A stretch of DNA of 64,000 nucleotides, from the NCBI GenBank assembly GCA_045660625.1, contig JAZREF010000026.1:49342-113341 (forward strand), read 5' to 3'. Made by a program: the position numbers and the translations under genes. Under the pieces are notes generated by a model, which was given only the letters and a program-made list of their open reading frames with translations, had not been told where the DNA came from and ran no database searches. Each line of letters opens with the position of its first letter. Within the stretch, counting starts at the first letter, position 1. This DNA is from Acutalibacteraceae bacterium. GTDB taxonomy: Bacteria > Bacillota > Clostridia > Oscillospirales > Acutalibacteraceae. Positions 24,694 to 34,828 of this stretch are shown here, in pieces.

Positions 24694-25422
24694 TCAGTCA
24701 ATATCCATCAGAGTGACGGTGATATTATCCATTCCGCCGCCGTCCAGCGCCGCACGCACCAAGGCCTGAGTAGCCTCTTCCGTAGGCCGAGCCAGAAGGC
24801 GAACCATATCAGCCGCGCTTACCTCATTGGTCAAGCCGTCTGTGCATAGCAACAGACGATCGCCGGCAATCAAGGTAATCTCATCATACTCGCCGTACTC
24901 CTCGCTGACAACGCCCAGAGCGCGAGTGATGTAATTCTTTCGAGGATGAGAGCGTGCCTCTTCTTCGGTAATTTGGCCGCTCTCAATCATTTCCTGAACC
25001 ACGGAATGATCACGGGTAATTTGGGTCAACACACCGTCTCTAAACAGATACAGACGGCTGTCACCAACGTGGGATATGTAGGCGGTATCACCACAGGTAA
25101 TGGCAGCCACCACCGTGGTTCCCATACCGCTGAGCATCTCCTCACGCTGGGCACGATCGTATACACCGATATTAGCGGTAGCCATCGCGCTGGTCAGCAG
25201 ATGCTCAGGAGAAACCTGGCCGGTACCCTCGCGATAAGCATCGCGAATACGAGAACCGATAACCTCTACGGCGATTTTACTGGCAATGTTGCCACCGTTG
25301 GCACCGCCCATGCCATCACACACGACCGCGTACTGCGTCGTATCGTTCAGGGTACCGTATTCCAATGCGTCCTGATTGTTCTCACGAACAAAACCAATGT
25401 GAGTTTGTCCAAATACGTTCAT
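24694..25422 (-). CDS. stp: PP2C-family Ser/Thr phosphatase
   Basis: RENNQDA, VCDGMGG and LLCTDGL motifs. It pairs with prkC, as prpC-prkC do in Bacillus. Confidence 0.9.
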   Translation of the reverse strand: MNVFGQTHIGFVRENNQDALEYGTLNDTTQYAVVCDGMGGANGGNIASKIAVEVIGSRIRDAYREGTGQVSPEHLLTSAMATANIGVYDRAQREEMLSGMGTTVVAAITCGDTAYISHVGDSRLYLFRDGVLTQITRDHSVVQEMIESGQITEEEARSHPRKNYITRALGVVSEEYGEYDEITLIAGDRLLLCTDGLTNEVSAADMVRLLARPTEEATQALVRAALDGGGMDNITVTLMDID

Positions 25423-26501
25423 GACAATGCCTCCTTTCTGTCCTTGTCAGGACGAACGTTATCCAATGATTCCTGCTGATCTTGCTGACGACGCAACTGA
25501 CCGCAGGATGCGTTGATATCCGATCCTAACGTGCGGCGAACCGTGACGTTAATCCCCTTCTTCTCCAGCACGTCCATAAAAGAGCGAATGCGTTCACGGG
25601 AACTGCGCTGCTGCGCCTTACCCTTCACGGCATTAACGGGAATCAAATTAACGTGGCACAACATACCGTGCAAACGATCCGCCAACTCGGCGGCGTGAGC
25701 GTCGGAATCGTTGAGTCCATCGATCATCGCGTACTCAAAGGATATGCGACGTCCTGTCGCGTCGATGTAATCGCGACACGCACGCAACAATTCGTCAATC
25801 GGCCAGCGGCGATTGACCGGCATAGAACGAGAACGAATCTCGTCGTTGGGCGCGTGTAAAGAAATCGACAAAGTAAGGGGAATCTGCTCCTCCATCAGGC
25901 GATAAATGCCGGGCACCACGCCACAGGTGGACAAGGAAATATGGCGCATTCCGATGTGAACGCCGCCCTCTTCGCCCAGCATACGCAAGAAACGAACGAC
26001 CTGCTCGTAGTTGTCCAACGGCTCGCCCATACCCATTAGCACGATGGAGGACACGCGCACGCCGGTGTCCTGCTGGGCCGCTTCGATCTGACCAATCATC
26101 TCAGCCGCCGACAGATTGCGGATAAATCCGCCCATACCGGTAGCACAGAAGGTACAGCCCATCTTACAGCCAACCTGAGTGGATAGGCACTGACTCCATC
26201 CATGCTTGTACTGCATAAGGACGGATTCGACGGTCTCACCATCGTCCAATTCAAAAAGATACTTAACCGTCCCATCAATGGCGGATACCAATTTGCGCAA
26301 AATCTTGACGCCGGGAACGGTGTACATCTCGGCCAAGGCCTGGCGCAAATCTTTGGGGAGATTCGTCATATCATCAAAATTCGTGACTCCCCTATCCAGC
26401 CACTCGCGAATCTGTTTGGCGCGAAACGCCGGATATCCGTGAGATTTCAGCTGTGCCGTCAACTCTTCCTGCGGAAGAGAACGCAAATCGATCGTCGCCA
26501 A
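25419..26501 (-). CDS. rlmN: 23S rRNA (adenine2503-C2)-methyltransferase, radical SAM
   Basis: CKMGCTFCATG radical-SAM cluster motif, a C-terminal SCGQL motif, and synteny. Confidence 0.9.
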   Translation of the reverse strand: MATIDLRSLPQEELTAQLKSHGYPAFRAKQIREWLDRGVTNFDDMTNLPKDLRQALAEMYTVPGVKILRKLVSAIDGTVKYLFELDDGETVESVLMQYKHGWSQCLSTQVGCKMGCTFCATGMGGFIRNLSAAEMIGQIEAAQQDTGVRVSSIVLMGMGEPLDNYEQVVRFLRMLGEEGGVHIGMRHISLSTCGVVPGIYRLMEEQIPLTLSISLHAPNDEIRSRSMPVNRRWPIDELLRACRDYIDATGRRISFEYAMIDGLNDSDAHAAELADRLHGMLCHVNLIPVNAVKGKAQQRSSRERIRSFMDVLEKKGINVTVRRTLGSDINASCGQLRRQQDQQESLDNVRPDKDRKEALS

Positions 26502-26517
26502 ACAAATTCACCTCTTT

Positions 26518-27852
26518 TCAAAACTTTTTTACAAATCCTGCGATAAAGAAACCATCCGTGCCGTGCACGTGAGGAAACAGCGTAATTTGATGAGAACCGG
26601 GCAATCCGCTTTGCTCAAAGCAAGTACTCAGCGGTAAATTGCGAGGTGCAAACTCCGTGTTTTGCTCCAAAAATGCCGCGACGACCGCCTCGTTCTCTTC
26701 AGGACGCAAGGTGCAGGTCGAATACTGCAAAACACCACCGGGCTTCACCAATTTAGCCGCCTGCTGCAAAATCTGCAGCTGCAGAGCAGGTAAATCAGCA
26801 AACTCCTCAGGGGTTTTGTATCGAATTTCCGGCTTGCGACGGATGACGCCCATACCGGAGCAAGGTACGTCGCACACCACGCGGTCGTACACGCCAATCT
26901 CATCGGAATTGGGATCCTGCGATGCGTCCTTTTGACGAACTGAAATGCAGGAAAAGCCATAGCGTGCGACACGCTCTGACATAGCACGACACTTATGATC
27001 GTGCAAGTCGCCGGCGACCACCATACCATCATTGTGCATATACTGAGCGACCGTCATTGTTTTACCACCGGGAGCCGCGCACACATCGGCAAGCCGCTCG
27101 CCGGGTTGCGCACTCAGAGCCAAACTGCACCATTGCGAAGCCAGGTCCTGGAAATAGTAATGCGTTGACAATTCATCAGGCAAATTATGTAACGCGCCCA
27201 CGGTCTGTACGCACACTGCATCAGGCAAGTGCGGTATCCGTTGATAGGCAACAGCCGCCTCATCCAATCGACAACAAAACGTCTCCGTGTCGGTCACGTT
27301 CGTATTGACGCGCAGATAGGCAGGCGGTGCATCATTGATGGCAGAGAGTAAGCCGTGTAGCACCTCTTCACCATAAGCACTACGCCACGCGCGAATCCAC
27401 GCGCGGGGAACAGAATAGCGAATCTCCAAGCCCTTATCGGTTTGAGGCAGGTCGGCCAGCAATCCTTTGTAACGGCGCTCCACCTGACGGAGCACACCGT
27501 TGACAAAGCCGGAGAGACGACTGCAACCGAAGCCACGGGTCTGCCCCACCGCCTCATTGATGGCGGCGAAAGTGGGAATTTTATCCATATACACCAGCTG
27601 ATAGGCGCCCACGCGTAAAATCTCACGCACGGCGGCGTCCATCTGCTTAACCGGTGTAGAAGAGGTCTGATTCAGCAGATAATCCAAAGTCAGTCGTCGC
27701 TCGGTCACGCCATAGAGCAGTCGCGCCGCAAAGCCGCGATCCGCACCAGATAAATCCGAACTCTCCAACATCTCGTCAAGGACGATGTTGGAGTATCCGC
27801 CCTGCTCTTGAATCTTCAGCAAAGCCGCTACCGCGGCGTCACGGGCGGTCAT
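26518..27852 (-). CDS. rsmB: 16S rRNA (cytosine967-C5)-methyltransferase
   Basis: NusB-like N-terminus. SAM-MTase motifs DVCAAPGGKT, DVPCSGMG and YSTCTL. Confidence 0.9.
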   Translation of the reverse strand: MTARDAAVAALLKIQEQGGYSNIVLDEMLESSDLSGADRGFAARLLYGVTERRLTLDYLLNQTSSTPVKQMDAAVREILRVGAYQLVYMDKIPTFAAINEAVGQTRGFGCSRLSGFVNGVLRQVERRYKGLLADLPQTDKGLEIRYSVPRAWIRAWRSAYGEEVLHGLLSAINDAPPAYLRVNTNVTDTETFCCRLDEAAVAYQRIPHLPDAVCVQTVGALHNLPDELSTHYYFQDLASQWCSLALSAQPGERLADVCAAPGGKTMTVAQYMHNDGMVVAGDLHDHKCRAMSERVARYGFSCISVRQKDASQDPNSDEIGVYDRVVCDVPCSGMGVIRRKPEIRYKTPEEFADLPALQLQILQQAAKLVKPGGVLQYSTCTLRPEENEAVVAAFLEQNTEFAPRNLPLSTCFEQSGLPGSHQITLFPHVHGTDGFFIAGFVKKF

Positions 27853-28550
27853 TAGTCACGGCGGCTACGATTGCCGCTAACCATCAAAATCAAACGCAAC
27901 AAACTCATCAAAGACACAAACAACGCCGCAACATAGGTCAGCGCCGCGGCGGTCAGCACCTTCTTCACGCCCTTCAGCTCCTCTTCAGAGAAGCGGCCAC
28001 TGGCAGCCAAAGCCACAACCGCACGGCGAGAGGCGTTGAATTCCACAGGAAGCGTAACCAACTGGAACAGCGTCGCCACGCTAAACAAGGCAATACCCGC
28101 ATATGCCAGCGGATCCATCGCCATCACGATGCCTAAAAGAATCAGAATCGGAGACAAGCCGGAGGCGAAGTTGGTAACAGGCACCATCGCCGTACGCACC
28201 TTGACAGGTGCGTAACCTTTGGCATGTTGCAGAGCATGGCCGGTCTCATGGGCCGCCACACCCACAGCAGCCACCGTCGCACGTCCGTAAACGGGAGCGG
28301 ACAAACGAATCGTGTTGCTACGCGGATCAAAATGATCGCTCAACGAACCGGGCACCGACTCCAAACCGGTATGAATGCCATTTGCCTGCTGAATGAGGCG
28401 ACTGGCATCTGCGCCGGTCAAGCCACAGCTGACCGCACGATCGCTATATTTGCTGAATGTGGATTTCACCTTATACTGCGCCCACAGAGACACAAGCAAC
28501 GCAGGCAACACCAGAACGAGGTACCAATAATCCAGATAGAAAAAAGGCAA
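27852..28550 (-). CDS. Membrane zinc metallopeptidase (YugP-like)
   Basis: 232 aa with flanking TM segments and an HExxH site (AAHETGHALQH). Confidence 0.75.
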   Translation of the reverse strand: MPFFYLDYWYLVLVLPALLVSLWAQYKVKSTFSKYSDRAVSCGLTGADASRLIQQANGIHTGLESVPGSLSDHFDPRSNTIRLSAPVYGRATVAAVGVAAHETGHALQHAKGYAPVKVRTAMVPVTNFASGLSPILILLGIVMAMDPLAYAGIALFSVATLFQLVTLPVEFNASRRAVVALAASGRFSEEELKGVKKVLTAAALTYVAALFVSLMSLLRLILMVSGNRSRRD

Positions 28551-28567
28551 AACGATGCATCCTTTCG

Positions 28568-29494
28568 TTAATCAATCAAGCTACTGCCCACCGCAATGGG
28601 ATGACCACGCAGATAATCGGCCGCCGCCATACGACGGGAGCCTTCTGCCTGGATTTCATCCAAAATCAAGGATTTGCCATCACCGCAAGCCACCGTCAGC
28701 GGCTGAGCGGTAATCACAGTACCGGGGGCGGCATCAGTAGCCTCACCCACGCGGCTGACAAACACCTTCATCACCTTACCATCCACGCGGCAGGTAGCTA
28801 CAGGCCAAGGATTCATACCGCGCACTTGATTGTGTAGGGTACGAGCAGGCTTAGTCCAATCCAGCGGACACATACTCTTATCCAGCATCGAAGCATAGCA
28901 AGCGCCCTCGGTAGGCTGAGGGATAGGTGTAAGTGTACCCGCCACCAACTCGTCGAGAGTACGGCTGAGCAAATCCGCGCCATCCTGCGCCAACAAGTCG
29001 AATAACTCGCCGCCGGTGATGGTATCGTCCAACGGACGGCTGAAGGTCAGCAGCATATCGCCGGTGTCCACACCCTCGTCCAGCAGCATCGTGGTCACAC
29101 CGGCCTCGGCGTCACCATTGAGCACCGCCCATTGCACAGGAGCGGCACCGCGATAGCGAGGCAGCAAGGAGCCGTGCACATTGATGCATCCATTGGGGGT
29201 CAAATCCAAAATCGCCTTAGGCAGAATCTTACCATACGCCACCACGATAATGGCGTCGGCATTTTCCTCTGCCAAGCGGGCACGAGCCTCTTCCGTACGC
29301 ATAGAGGTAGGCTGATACACCTCGATGGTGTGCGCCAAGGCGCACACCTTTACAGCAGGCGGGGTCATAATCTGCTTGCGTCCCACCGGCTTATCCGGCT
29401 GAGTCACCACCAAGGACACATGGTGTCCGTCGGCAATCAGCCTCTCTAAACTGGGCACGGCAAAATCCGGCGTACCCATAAAAATCAATTTCAT
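28568..29494 (-). CDS. fmt: Methionyl-tRNA formyltransferase
   Basis: MKLIFMGTPDFAV N-terminus from ATG 29494 (the track GTG is 29506), INVHGSLLPRYRGAAP motif, and pairing with def. Confidence 0.9.
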   Translation of the reverse strand: MKLIFMGTPDFAVPSLERLIADGHHVSLVVTQPDKPVGRKQIMTPPAVKVCALAHTIEVYQPTSMRTEEARARLAEENADAIIVVAYGKILPKAILDLTPNGCINVHGSLLPRYRGAAPVQWAVLNGDAEAGVTTMLLDEGVDTGDMLLTFSRPLDDTITGGELFDLLAQDGADLLSRTLDELVAGTLTPIPQPTEGACYASMLDKSMCPLDWTKPARTLHNQVRGMNPWPVATCRVDGKVMKVFVSRVGEATDAAPGTVITAQPLTVACGDGKSLILDEIQAEGSRRMAAADYLRGHPIAVGSSLID

Positions 29495-29519
29495 TTCCGT
29501 ACCCACCTTTCACTCGAAA

Positions 29520-29987
29520 TCAGTTGCCGATCTCGTCGGGAGCCAGCATACGCTCCACCTTAGACTTAAACAGAATACCATCCATATGGTCATTCTCGTG
29601 GTCGGCACACTCTGCAGCCAAACCGTCCAAAGTCAAAATGAAATATTTGCCCTCACGATTCTGCGCCTGCAACTTAACCACCGCGGGACGGCGGATCAGG
29701 CCGTACTCACCGGGACTGGAGAGGCAACCCTCCACGCACTCCTGCTCGCCACGGCGCTCCAAAATCTTGGGGTTGATACACTCCTTGAGACCATCACCGG
29801 TGTCCATAATGAACACACGTCGCTGAACACCAATCTGGGGCGCGGCCAAGCCCACGCCACCGGATTTAATCAAAGTGTCGCGCATATCGTCCAGCAATAC
29901 CCACAGTCTCTCATCGAATTTTTCCACGGGCTTGCAAACTTTATGCAACACGTCTTCTTTTTCGGTTAAAATCGTCCGAATTGCCAT
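29520..29987 (-). CDS. def: Peptide deformylase
   Basis: GVGLAAPQIG, EGCLS and HENDH motifs. Confidence 0.9.
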   Translation of the reverse strand: MAIRTILTEKEDVLHKVCKPVEKFDERLWVLLDDMRDTLIKSGGVGLAAPQIGVQRRVFIMDTGDGLKECINPKILERRGEQECVEGCLSSPGEYGLIRRPAVVKLQAQNREGKYFILTLDGLAAECADHENDHMDGILFKSKVERMLAPDEIGN

Positions 29988-30012
29988 AATCCAGACTCCT
30001 TTCTAAACGGCA

Positions 30013-32463
30013 TCACAACATAGATGCCGGATTAATGTCTACGTAAACGGTAACTCCCCGCGCCATCGGATCGCTATTCAGTGTATGCATCAATTCACGC
30101 ACCAAATCACGCATCGGTTTGGTATTACGCGCTTTAACCAGCATCTTATAGCGATATTTGCCCGCCACCTTAACCACCGCGGCAGGTGTGGGATCCAAAG
30201 CAATCATCGGCAGATCGATATGGCTCATCGCGGCGGCACGCAACAACTCCAGCATCCGTCGGGATGCCTGACGCACCCGCTGCTCCTGCAATCCGGTAAA
30301 GCCGAACAGGAACAGATCCGCATAAGGCGGATAGTGCATCATCTTACGCGACGCGATCTCCAAGCCAAAGAAATCGGTGTAATTTTGCTCTGCCGCCAGC
30401 TCGATGACGGGATTGTCGGGAGTATAGGTCTGCACCACCGCCAAACCCTGCTCGCTCCGACGACCGGCGCGGCCGATCACCTGGGTCAGCAAGGCAAAAG
30501 TGGTTTCGTAACTGCGGTAATCGTCGCCATACAACGACTGATCCGCCGACAGTACACCCACCAAACCCACGTTGGGGAAATCCAATCCCTTGGCCACCAT
30601 CTGGGTGCCGATCATAATGCGATATTTGCCCTCGGCAAAGTCACGGAATTTCTCCTCATAAGAGGAGCGGGACATAGTGGTGTCCGTATCCATGCGCAAC
30701 ACGGGGATATCGGGAAACAACTGCGCCAACTCGTCCTCCACCAACTGAGTACCCAAACCGCAGAATCGAATCTTATCCGATCCGCAGGTGGGACACTGCT
30801 TCGGCACCGGCTGACTGTGACCGCAATAGTGGCACATCAGGCGATTGTTGGCACGATGATAGGTCAGCGAAATGCTGCAGGAGGGGCAGGTCAACACCTG
30901 GCCGCAACTGCGGCAAGAAAGGTGGGTGTGATACCCACGACGATTGAGCAACAATATCACCTGCTGCTCATTATCCAGGCAGTTTTGCATACGCTGAAGC
31001 AGCGTGGGCCCCAATACGGACTCCCCCACCTCTTCGCCGCGCAGATCCACCACCTCCACCTGTGGCAACTGCACATCGCCGTAGCGATGGGTCAGTTCCA
31101 GCAAGGTGTAACGGCCGGACTTGGCCGCGTGATAACTCTCCACCGAAGGGGTGGCAGAGGTCATCAGCAACAATGCGTTATGATGGGCACAGCGGAAGCG
31201 TGCCACATCACGGGCGTGATAACGAGGGTTGGACTCCGACTTGTAGGTATGCTCCTGTTCCTCGTCCATCACAATGAGACCCAACTCATCGCAGGGGGCA
31301 AACACCGCCGAGCGGGTACCCACCACAATGCGAGCCTCTCCCCTCTTGATACGTTTCCACTCATCCATACGCTCACCGATGGCAAGGCTACTATGCAGCA
31401 CCGCCACTCGACGACCGTACTTCTGCAAAAACAAACCCATCATCTGAGGGGTCAGGGAAATCTCAGGCACCAGCACGATAACCTGACGGCCATCCTCCAG
31501 CACCCGATCAATGAGATTCATGTACACCGACGTCTTACCGCTACCGGTGACGCCGTACAGCAAGGCAGCGTTGGCCTTGTGTGCCGTGTAAAGTTCCAAC
31601 AAATGGTCATAGGCCTGTTGCTGCTCATCATTGAGCGCACGAGACACAATGGGCGGTGCGGGCTCAGAGGCATCGTACGGAGTACGCAACACCTCTGCAT
31701 CGTAAATCTGCACCAATTCCTTTTGCGCCAATGCATTGACCACCGCAGGGGTCACGCCGGAGAAATAGCACACCTCTTTGACAGAGGCAGCGCCAACATC
31801 CTCCAGCAGGGTGAGCACCGACTGCTGCTTTTCGGTCAATTTGGGCCTTTCGGCATCGGGGTCACGGGGCAACAGACGCACAGTACGCACCGTAGCATCG
31901 CCGGTGTGACGGAAGGCATCCACACCGCGCACCAGCACGCCCAAATCCAGCAAATGACGCAACGCAGGCGCATCCTCCTCCATACCCAAACGGCGGAGCA
32001 GGGTTTCCTGATCCGCTCCCGCGGGGCATTTTGACACAAACGCCAGTATCTGGCGCTCGTTGGGAGTCAGCGTCTCCAGCACCTCGGGTGCCACGTCTAC
32101 TGCGGGACGTAACACAGGCTTCACCTGCAGATACAGACCCGTGGGCAACATAGCACGGACGGCGTCAAACAACGTACAGAAGGTGCGCTCCTGCATAAAG
32201 CGAGCCAGCGCCACCATCTCAGGGCTGAGCAGCGGCTGAGCGTCCATCACAGATGACACCAACTTCAGTCCCGCGGTCTGCTCCTGCTGCACGCAATCCA
32301 TCACCAAACCCTGACGGGTGCGGTTGCCGCCGCCAAAAGGCACCAGCACACGCACGCCAATCTGCGGCTCGCCTAATGTTTCAGGCCACAAATAAGAGTA
32401 CAGCTTGTCAAAGGAAAAAGTAGCCTGCTCTACTGCAATATGTACCACGGTAGTTGCAGACAT
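30013..32463 (-). CDS. priA: Primosomal protein N' (replication restart helicase)
   Basis: Walker A GVTGSGKT, DEEH box and Cys-rich Zn region (CRSCG..CPSC..CHYCG..CPTCG). AAGGAGGG precedes ATG 32463; the track start 32520 overlaps rpoZ. Confidence 0.9.
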   Translation of the reverse strand: MSATTVVHIAVEQATFSFDKLYSYLWPETLGEPQIGVRVLVPFGGGNRTRQGLVMDCVQQEQTAGLKLVSSVMDAQPLLSPEMVALARFMQERTFCTLFDAVRAMLPTGLYLQVKPVLRPAVDVAPEVLETLTPNERQILAFVSKCPAGADQETLLRRLGMEEDAPALRHLLDLGVLVRGVDAFRHTGDATVRTVRLLPRDPDAERPKLTEKQQSVLTLLEDVGAASVKEVCYFSGVTPAVVNALAQKELVQIYDAEVLRTPYDASEPAPPIVSRALNDEQQQAYDHLLELYTAHKANAALLYGVTGSGKTSVYMNLIDRVLEDGRQVIVLVPEISLTPQMMGLFLQKYGRRVAVLHSSLAIGERMDEWKRIKRGEARIVVGTRSAVFAPCDELGLIVMDEEQEHTYKSESNPRYHARDVARFRCAHHNALLLMTSATPSVESYHAAKSGRYTLLELTHRYGDVQLPQVEVVDLRGEEVGESVLGPTLLQRMQNCLDNEQQVILLLNRRGYHTHLSCRSCGQVLTCPSCSISLTYHRANNRLMCHYCGHSQPVPKQCPTCGSDKIRFCGLGTQLVEDELAQLFPDIPVLRMDTDTTMSRSSYEEKFRDFAEGKYRIMIGTQMVAKGLDFPNVGLVGVLSADQSLYGDDYRSYETTFALLTQVIGRAGRRSEQGLAVVQTYTPDNPVIELAAEQNYTDFFGLEIASRKMMHYPPYADLFLFGFTGLQEQRVRQASRRMLELLRAAAMSHIDLPMIALDPTPAAVVKVAGKYRYKMLVKARNTKPMRDLVRELMHTLNSDPMARGVTVYVDINPASML

Positions 32464-32486
32464 CACTTTTCCCTCCTTACAGTTTC

Positions 32487-32690
32487 TTACTCCTCGCTGG
32501 TGGATGCGAACAGGGTGCAATCCCCTGCCTTGAAGTCCTTGATGGCCAGGCTCACGGTCTTCTCCACCAGGATCTCCTTGTTCTCCTCTGCCTCCTCGGC
32601 AATCTGACGGGCACGCTTGGCTACGCCAACCACAACGGCGTAACGGCTATTCTTGCCCTGCAACTCTTCGATATCACTGGGTGCTAACAT
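32487..32690 (-). CDS. rpoZ: DNA-directed RNA polymerase subunit omega
   Basis: 67 aa. NSRYAVVVGVAKRARQI matches the omega core. Synteny gmk-rpoZ-priA. Confidence 0.85.
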   Translation of the reverse strand: MLAPSDIEELQGKNSRYAVVVGVAKRARQIAEEAEENKEILVEKTVSLAIKDFKAGDCTLFASTSEE

Positions 32691-33309
32691 CTTTCAGTAC
32701 CTCCAAAATAGTATTTTCCATACGGGAATACCGCATGTTTTCTGCATCGATGATGGTGTTGATGCGGCCAACCGCCTTCTCCACCTCATCGTTGAGCACA
32801 ATGTATTGATAGCGGAATGCGCGGCTCAGCTCATACTGAGAGGTCTTCATCCGCTTTTGGATAACCTCTTCCGGCTCGGTGCCACGTCCACGCAGACGGC
32901 GCTCCAACTCCTCGAAAGAGGGAATCGAGATAAAGATGGACACCACGTCAGAGCGATGATCCATTACCTTTTCGGCGCCCTGCACCTCAATCTCCAGCAT
33001 CACGTTCTTGCCCTCATTGAGCAAGCGACGAATGGGAGCTTCGGGGGTGCCGTAAAAATTGCCGTTGTATTCGGCGTATTCCAAAAAGCCATCTTCTTCG
33101 ATGGTCTTCTGAAACTCTTCACGAGTGACGAAATGGTAGTGGTAACCATCGATCTCACCGGGGCGGGGAGCGCGGGTGGTCATAGACACCGACAGCACCG
33201 TATCGTCACGGCTGGCCAGCAAGGACTTCATAATCGTACCCTTGCCCGAGCCGGAAGGACCGGAAAAGATGATCAGCAAACCTTTTTTACTCTTGTTCAT
33301 CGGCGTCAT
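32674..33309 (-). CDS. gmk: Guanylate kinase
   Basis: [31 protein letters not shown] and lid [11 protein letters not shown] 33300 is an alternative start. Confidence 0.9.
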   Translation of the reverse strand: MTPMNKSKKGLLIIFSGPSGSGKGTIMKSLLASRDDTVLSVSMTTRAPRPGEIDGYHYHFVTREEFQKTIEEDGFLEYAEYNGNFYGTPEAPIRRLLNEGKNVMLEIEVQGAEKVMDHRSDVVSIFISIPSFEELERRLRGRGTEPEEVIQKRMKTSQYELSRAFRYQYIVLNDEVEKAVGRINTIIDAENMRYSRMENTILEVLKDVSTQ

Positions 33310-33550
33310 CCTCCTGACTGTCTCCCATACGGTTAGCCACCGTCTCCGGTTGCACCGAAGACAAAATCACGTGTTCACTATCCATCACCAGTACCGCACG
33401 GGTGCGGCGGCCATAGGTGGCATCGATGAGGGTGCCACGCTCCTTGGCGTCCTGAATGATACGCTTAATAGGAGCGGATTCGGGGCTGACGATGGCCACC
33501 AAACGACCGGCCGCCACCATATTGCCAAAACCTATGTTGATCAGTTTCAT
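33287..33550 (-). CDS. remA: RemA-family regulator (DUF370)
   Basis: [53 protein letters not shown] is the canonical RemA sequence. GGGGGAGGA precedes ATG 33550. Confidence 0.85.
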   Translation of the reverse strand: MKLINIGFGNMVAAGRLVAIVSPESAPIKRIIQDAKERGTLIDATYGRRTRAVLVMDSEHVILSSVQPETVANRMGDSQEDDADEQE

Positions 33551-33570
33551 TGTCATTCCTCCCCCGTGGG

Positions 33571-34449
33571 TTACTCGATGTTCTGAATCTGCTCGCGGAT
33601 CTTCTCAATCTCCGCTTTGATATCCACCACGATGCGGGTCAGCGCCAGATCGCTACACTTGGAACCGATGGTGTTGGTCTCGCGGTTGATCTCCTGTACC
33701 AGGAAGTCCAGCTTACGCCCGATGGCCTCGTCGCTGTTAATCAACTGCTCCAGCTGATCCAAGTGGCTGCATAGGCGCACCGTCTCCTCTGCCACCGCCA
33801 CCTTATCGGCGAACACGGCAGCCTCATTGAGCAAACGAGCCTCATCAACAGGAACACCGTTTAGCAAGTCGCGAATGCGAGCCTCCACCTTCTCCATATG
33901 GGTGCGAACGGTATCGGGAGACTTTTCCTCCACCACGGCCACCGCCTGGCGAATCGTATTAGCACGGGAGAGCACATCCTCGCGCATGCGGGCGCCCTCC
34001 ACCTCGCGCATCGCCACAAAGCGAGCCAAAGCGATGTCAGCCACCTGGCTGACGGCAGCCCATACGGCATTCTCATCCACCTGTGCCTGACGCACAGTCA
34101 GCACGTCGGGATAGCGAGACAACGCCGTCGCAGACACGTCGTCGCGCAGGCCGTAACGCTCGTTCAAATCGCGCAGAGCTTTGAGATAACTCTCGGCCAA
34201 CGCGTGATCCACCGTCACCTCACTGCCGGCGGTCTCCAAGGCCTGAATCTGCACGTACACATCCACCTTACCGCGGCTGATGCGCTGCTGCATCAAATTC
34301 TTCAACTTATCGTCCAGGAAAGCGTAGCCGCGAGGCAGACGAGAGGAATATTCGAAATAGCGATGATTGACAGACTTGATCTCCACCACAATGGACAGGC
34401 CGTCTACAATCTCCTGACCACGGCCATAGCCGGTCATACTGCGTATCAT
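33571..34449 (-). CDS. yicC: YicC/YloC-family stress-induced endoribonuclease
   Basis: [12 protein letters not shown]-terminus from ATG 34449 (AAGGAG lies 8 nt upstream; the track GTG is 34458). C-terminal EINRE.NTIGSK motif. Confidence 0.85.
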   Translation of the reverse strand: MIRSMTGYGRGQEIVDGLSIVVEIKSVNHRYFEYSSRLPRGYAFLDDKLKNLMQQRISRGKVDVYVQIQALETAGSEVTVDHALAESYLKALRDLNERYGLRDDVSATALSRYPDVLTVRQAQVDENAVWAAVSQVADIALARFVAMREVEGARMREDVLSRANTIRQAVAVVEEKSPDTVRTHMEKVEARIRDLLNGVPVDEARLLNEAAVFADKVAVAEETVRLCSHLDQLEQLINSDEAIGRKLDFLVQEINRETNTIGSKCSDLALTRIVVDIKAEIEKIREQIQNIE

Positions 34450-34504
34450 ATCGGTCACTCCTTAATCAAAAAAGGTAAAACTCACCTATTTTTAGTCACC
34501 GTAC

Positions 34505-34533
34505 ATTATACCAGCAAATCATCATAAAGTCAA
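34505..34533 (-). promoter_or_regulatory. Consensus sigma-A promoter for the yicC-remA-gmk-rpoZ-priA... cluster
   Basis: On the minus strand: TTGACT (34533-34528), 17-nt spacer, TGgTATAAT (34510-34505). Confidence 0.6.
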
Positions 34534-34567
34534 GCAAACGATAAGTATTTAATTTAAATACGCGCGT

Positions 34568-34600
34568 AAAAAAGGCTGTCGCATCAGCGACAGCCTTTTT
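34568..34600 (-). terminator. Terminator after the DUF3006 gene
   Basis: GGCTGTCGC-atca-GCGACAGCC with flanking A/T tracts. Confidence 0.75.
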
Positions 34601-34609
34601 AGCCATTCA

Positions 34610-34825
34610 TTAACGTCGGCGCAAACGCTCCTGCATCGCTTTGATACGCTCGCGACGCGCCTGCTCCTCGGCTATGTCTTCAATATACGCATCCGATTCG
34701 CGACGATATACTCTGCCACGTTGCGGTTCGCCGGGCAATTCGGTCAACAACACATCCACACTGACGCCGTCGTCGTCAACCAGAACCGACCACTCCCCCT
34801 CGATGCGGTCTAAACTGTAATACAT
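34610..34825 (-). CDS. DUF3006-like small protein
   Basis: 71 aa. MYYSLDRIEGEWSVLVDDDG pattern. It has the usual partnership with a ComEC-type MBL hydrolase. Confidence 0.6.
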   Translation of the reverse strand: MYYSLDRIEGEWSVLVDDDGVSVDVLLTELPGEPQRGRVYRRESDAYIEDIAEEQARRERIKAMQERLRRR

Positions 34826-34828
34826 CCG

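Noticed and set aside
30085-32034. A 649-aa + ORF antisense to priA. Similar long antisense ORFs lie at 3320-4546, 4560-5651, 6635-7528, 8084-8683, 10870-11898, 16060-16998, 22724-24280, 36124-38031, 43114-44097, 52212-53207, 58050-58595 and 60341-60994.
   Set aside because: All of them oppose genes with unambiguous family motifs. Their translations are repetitive (H/Q/G/R/L-rich), and none has a convincing RBS. They are treated as codon-bias artefacts.
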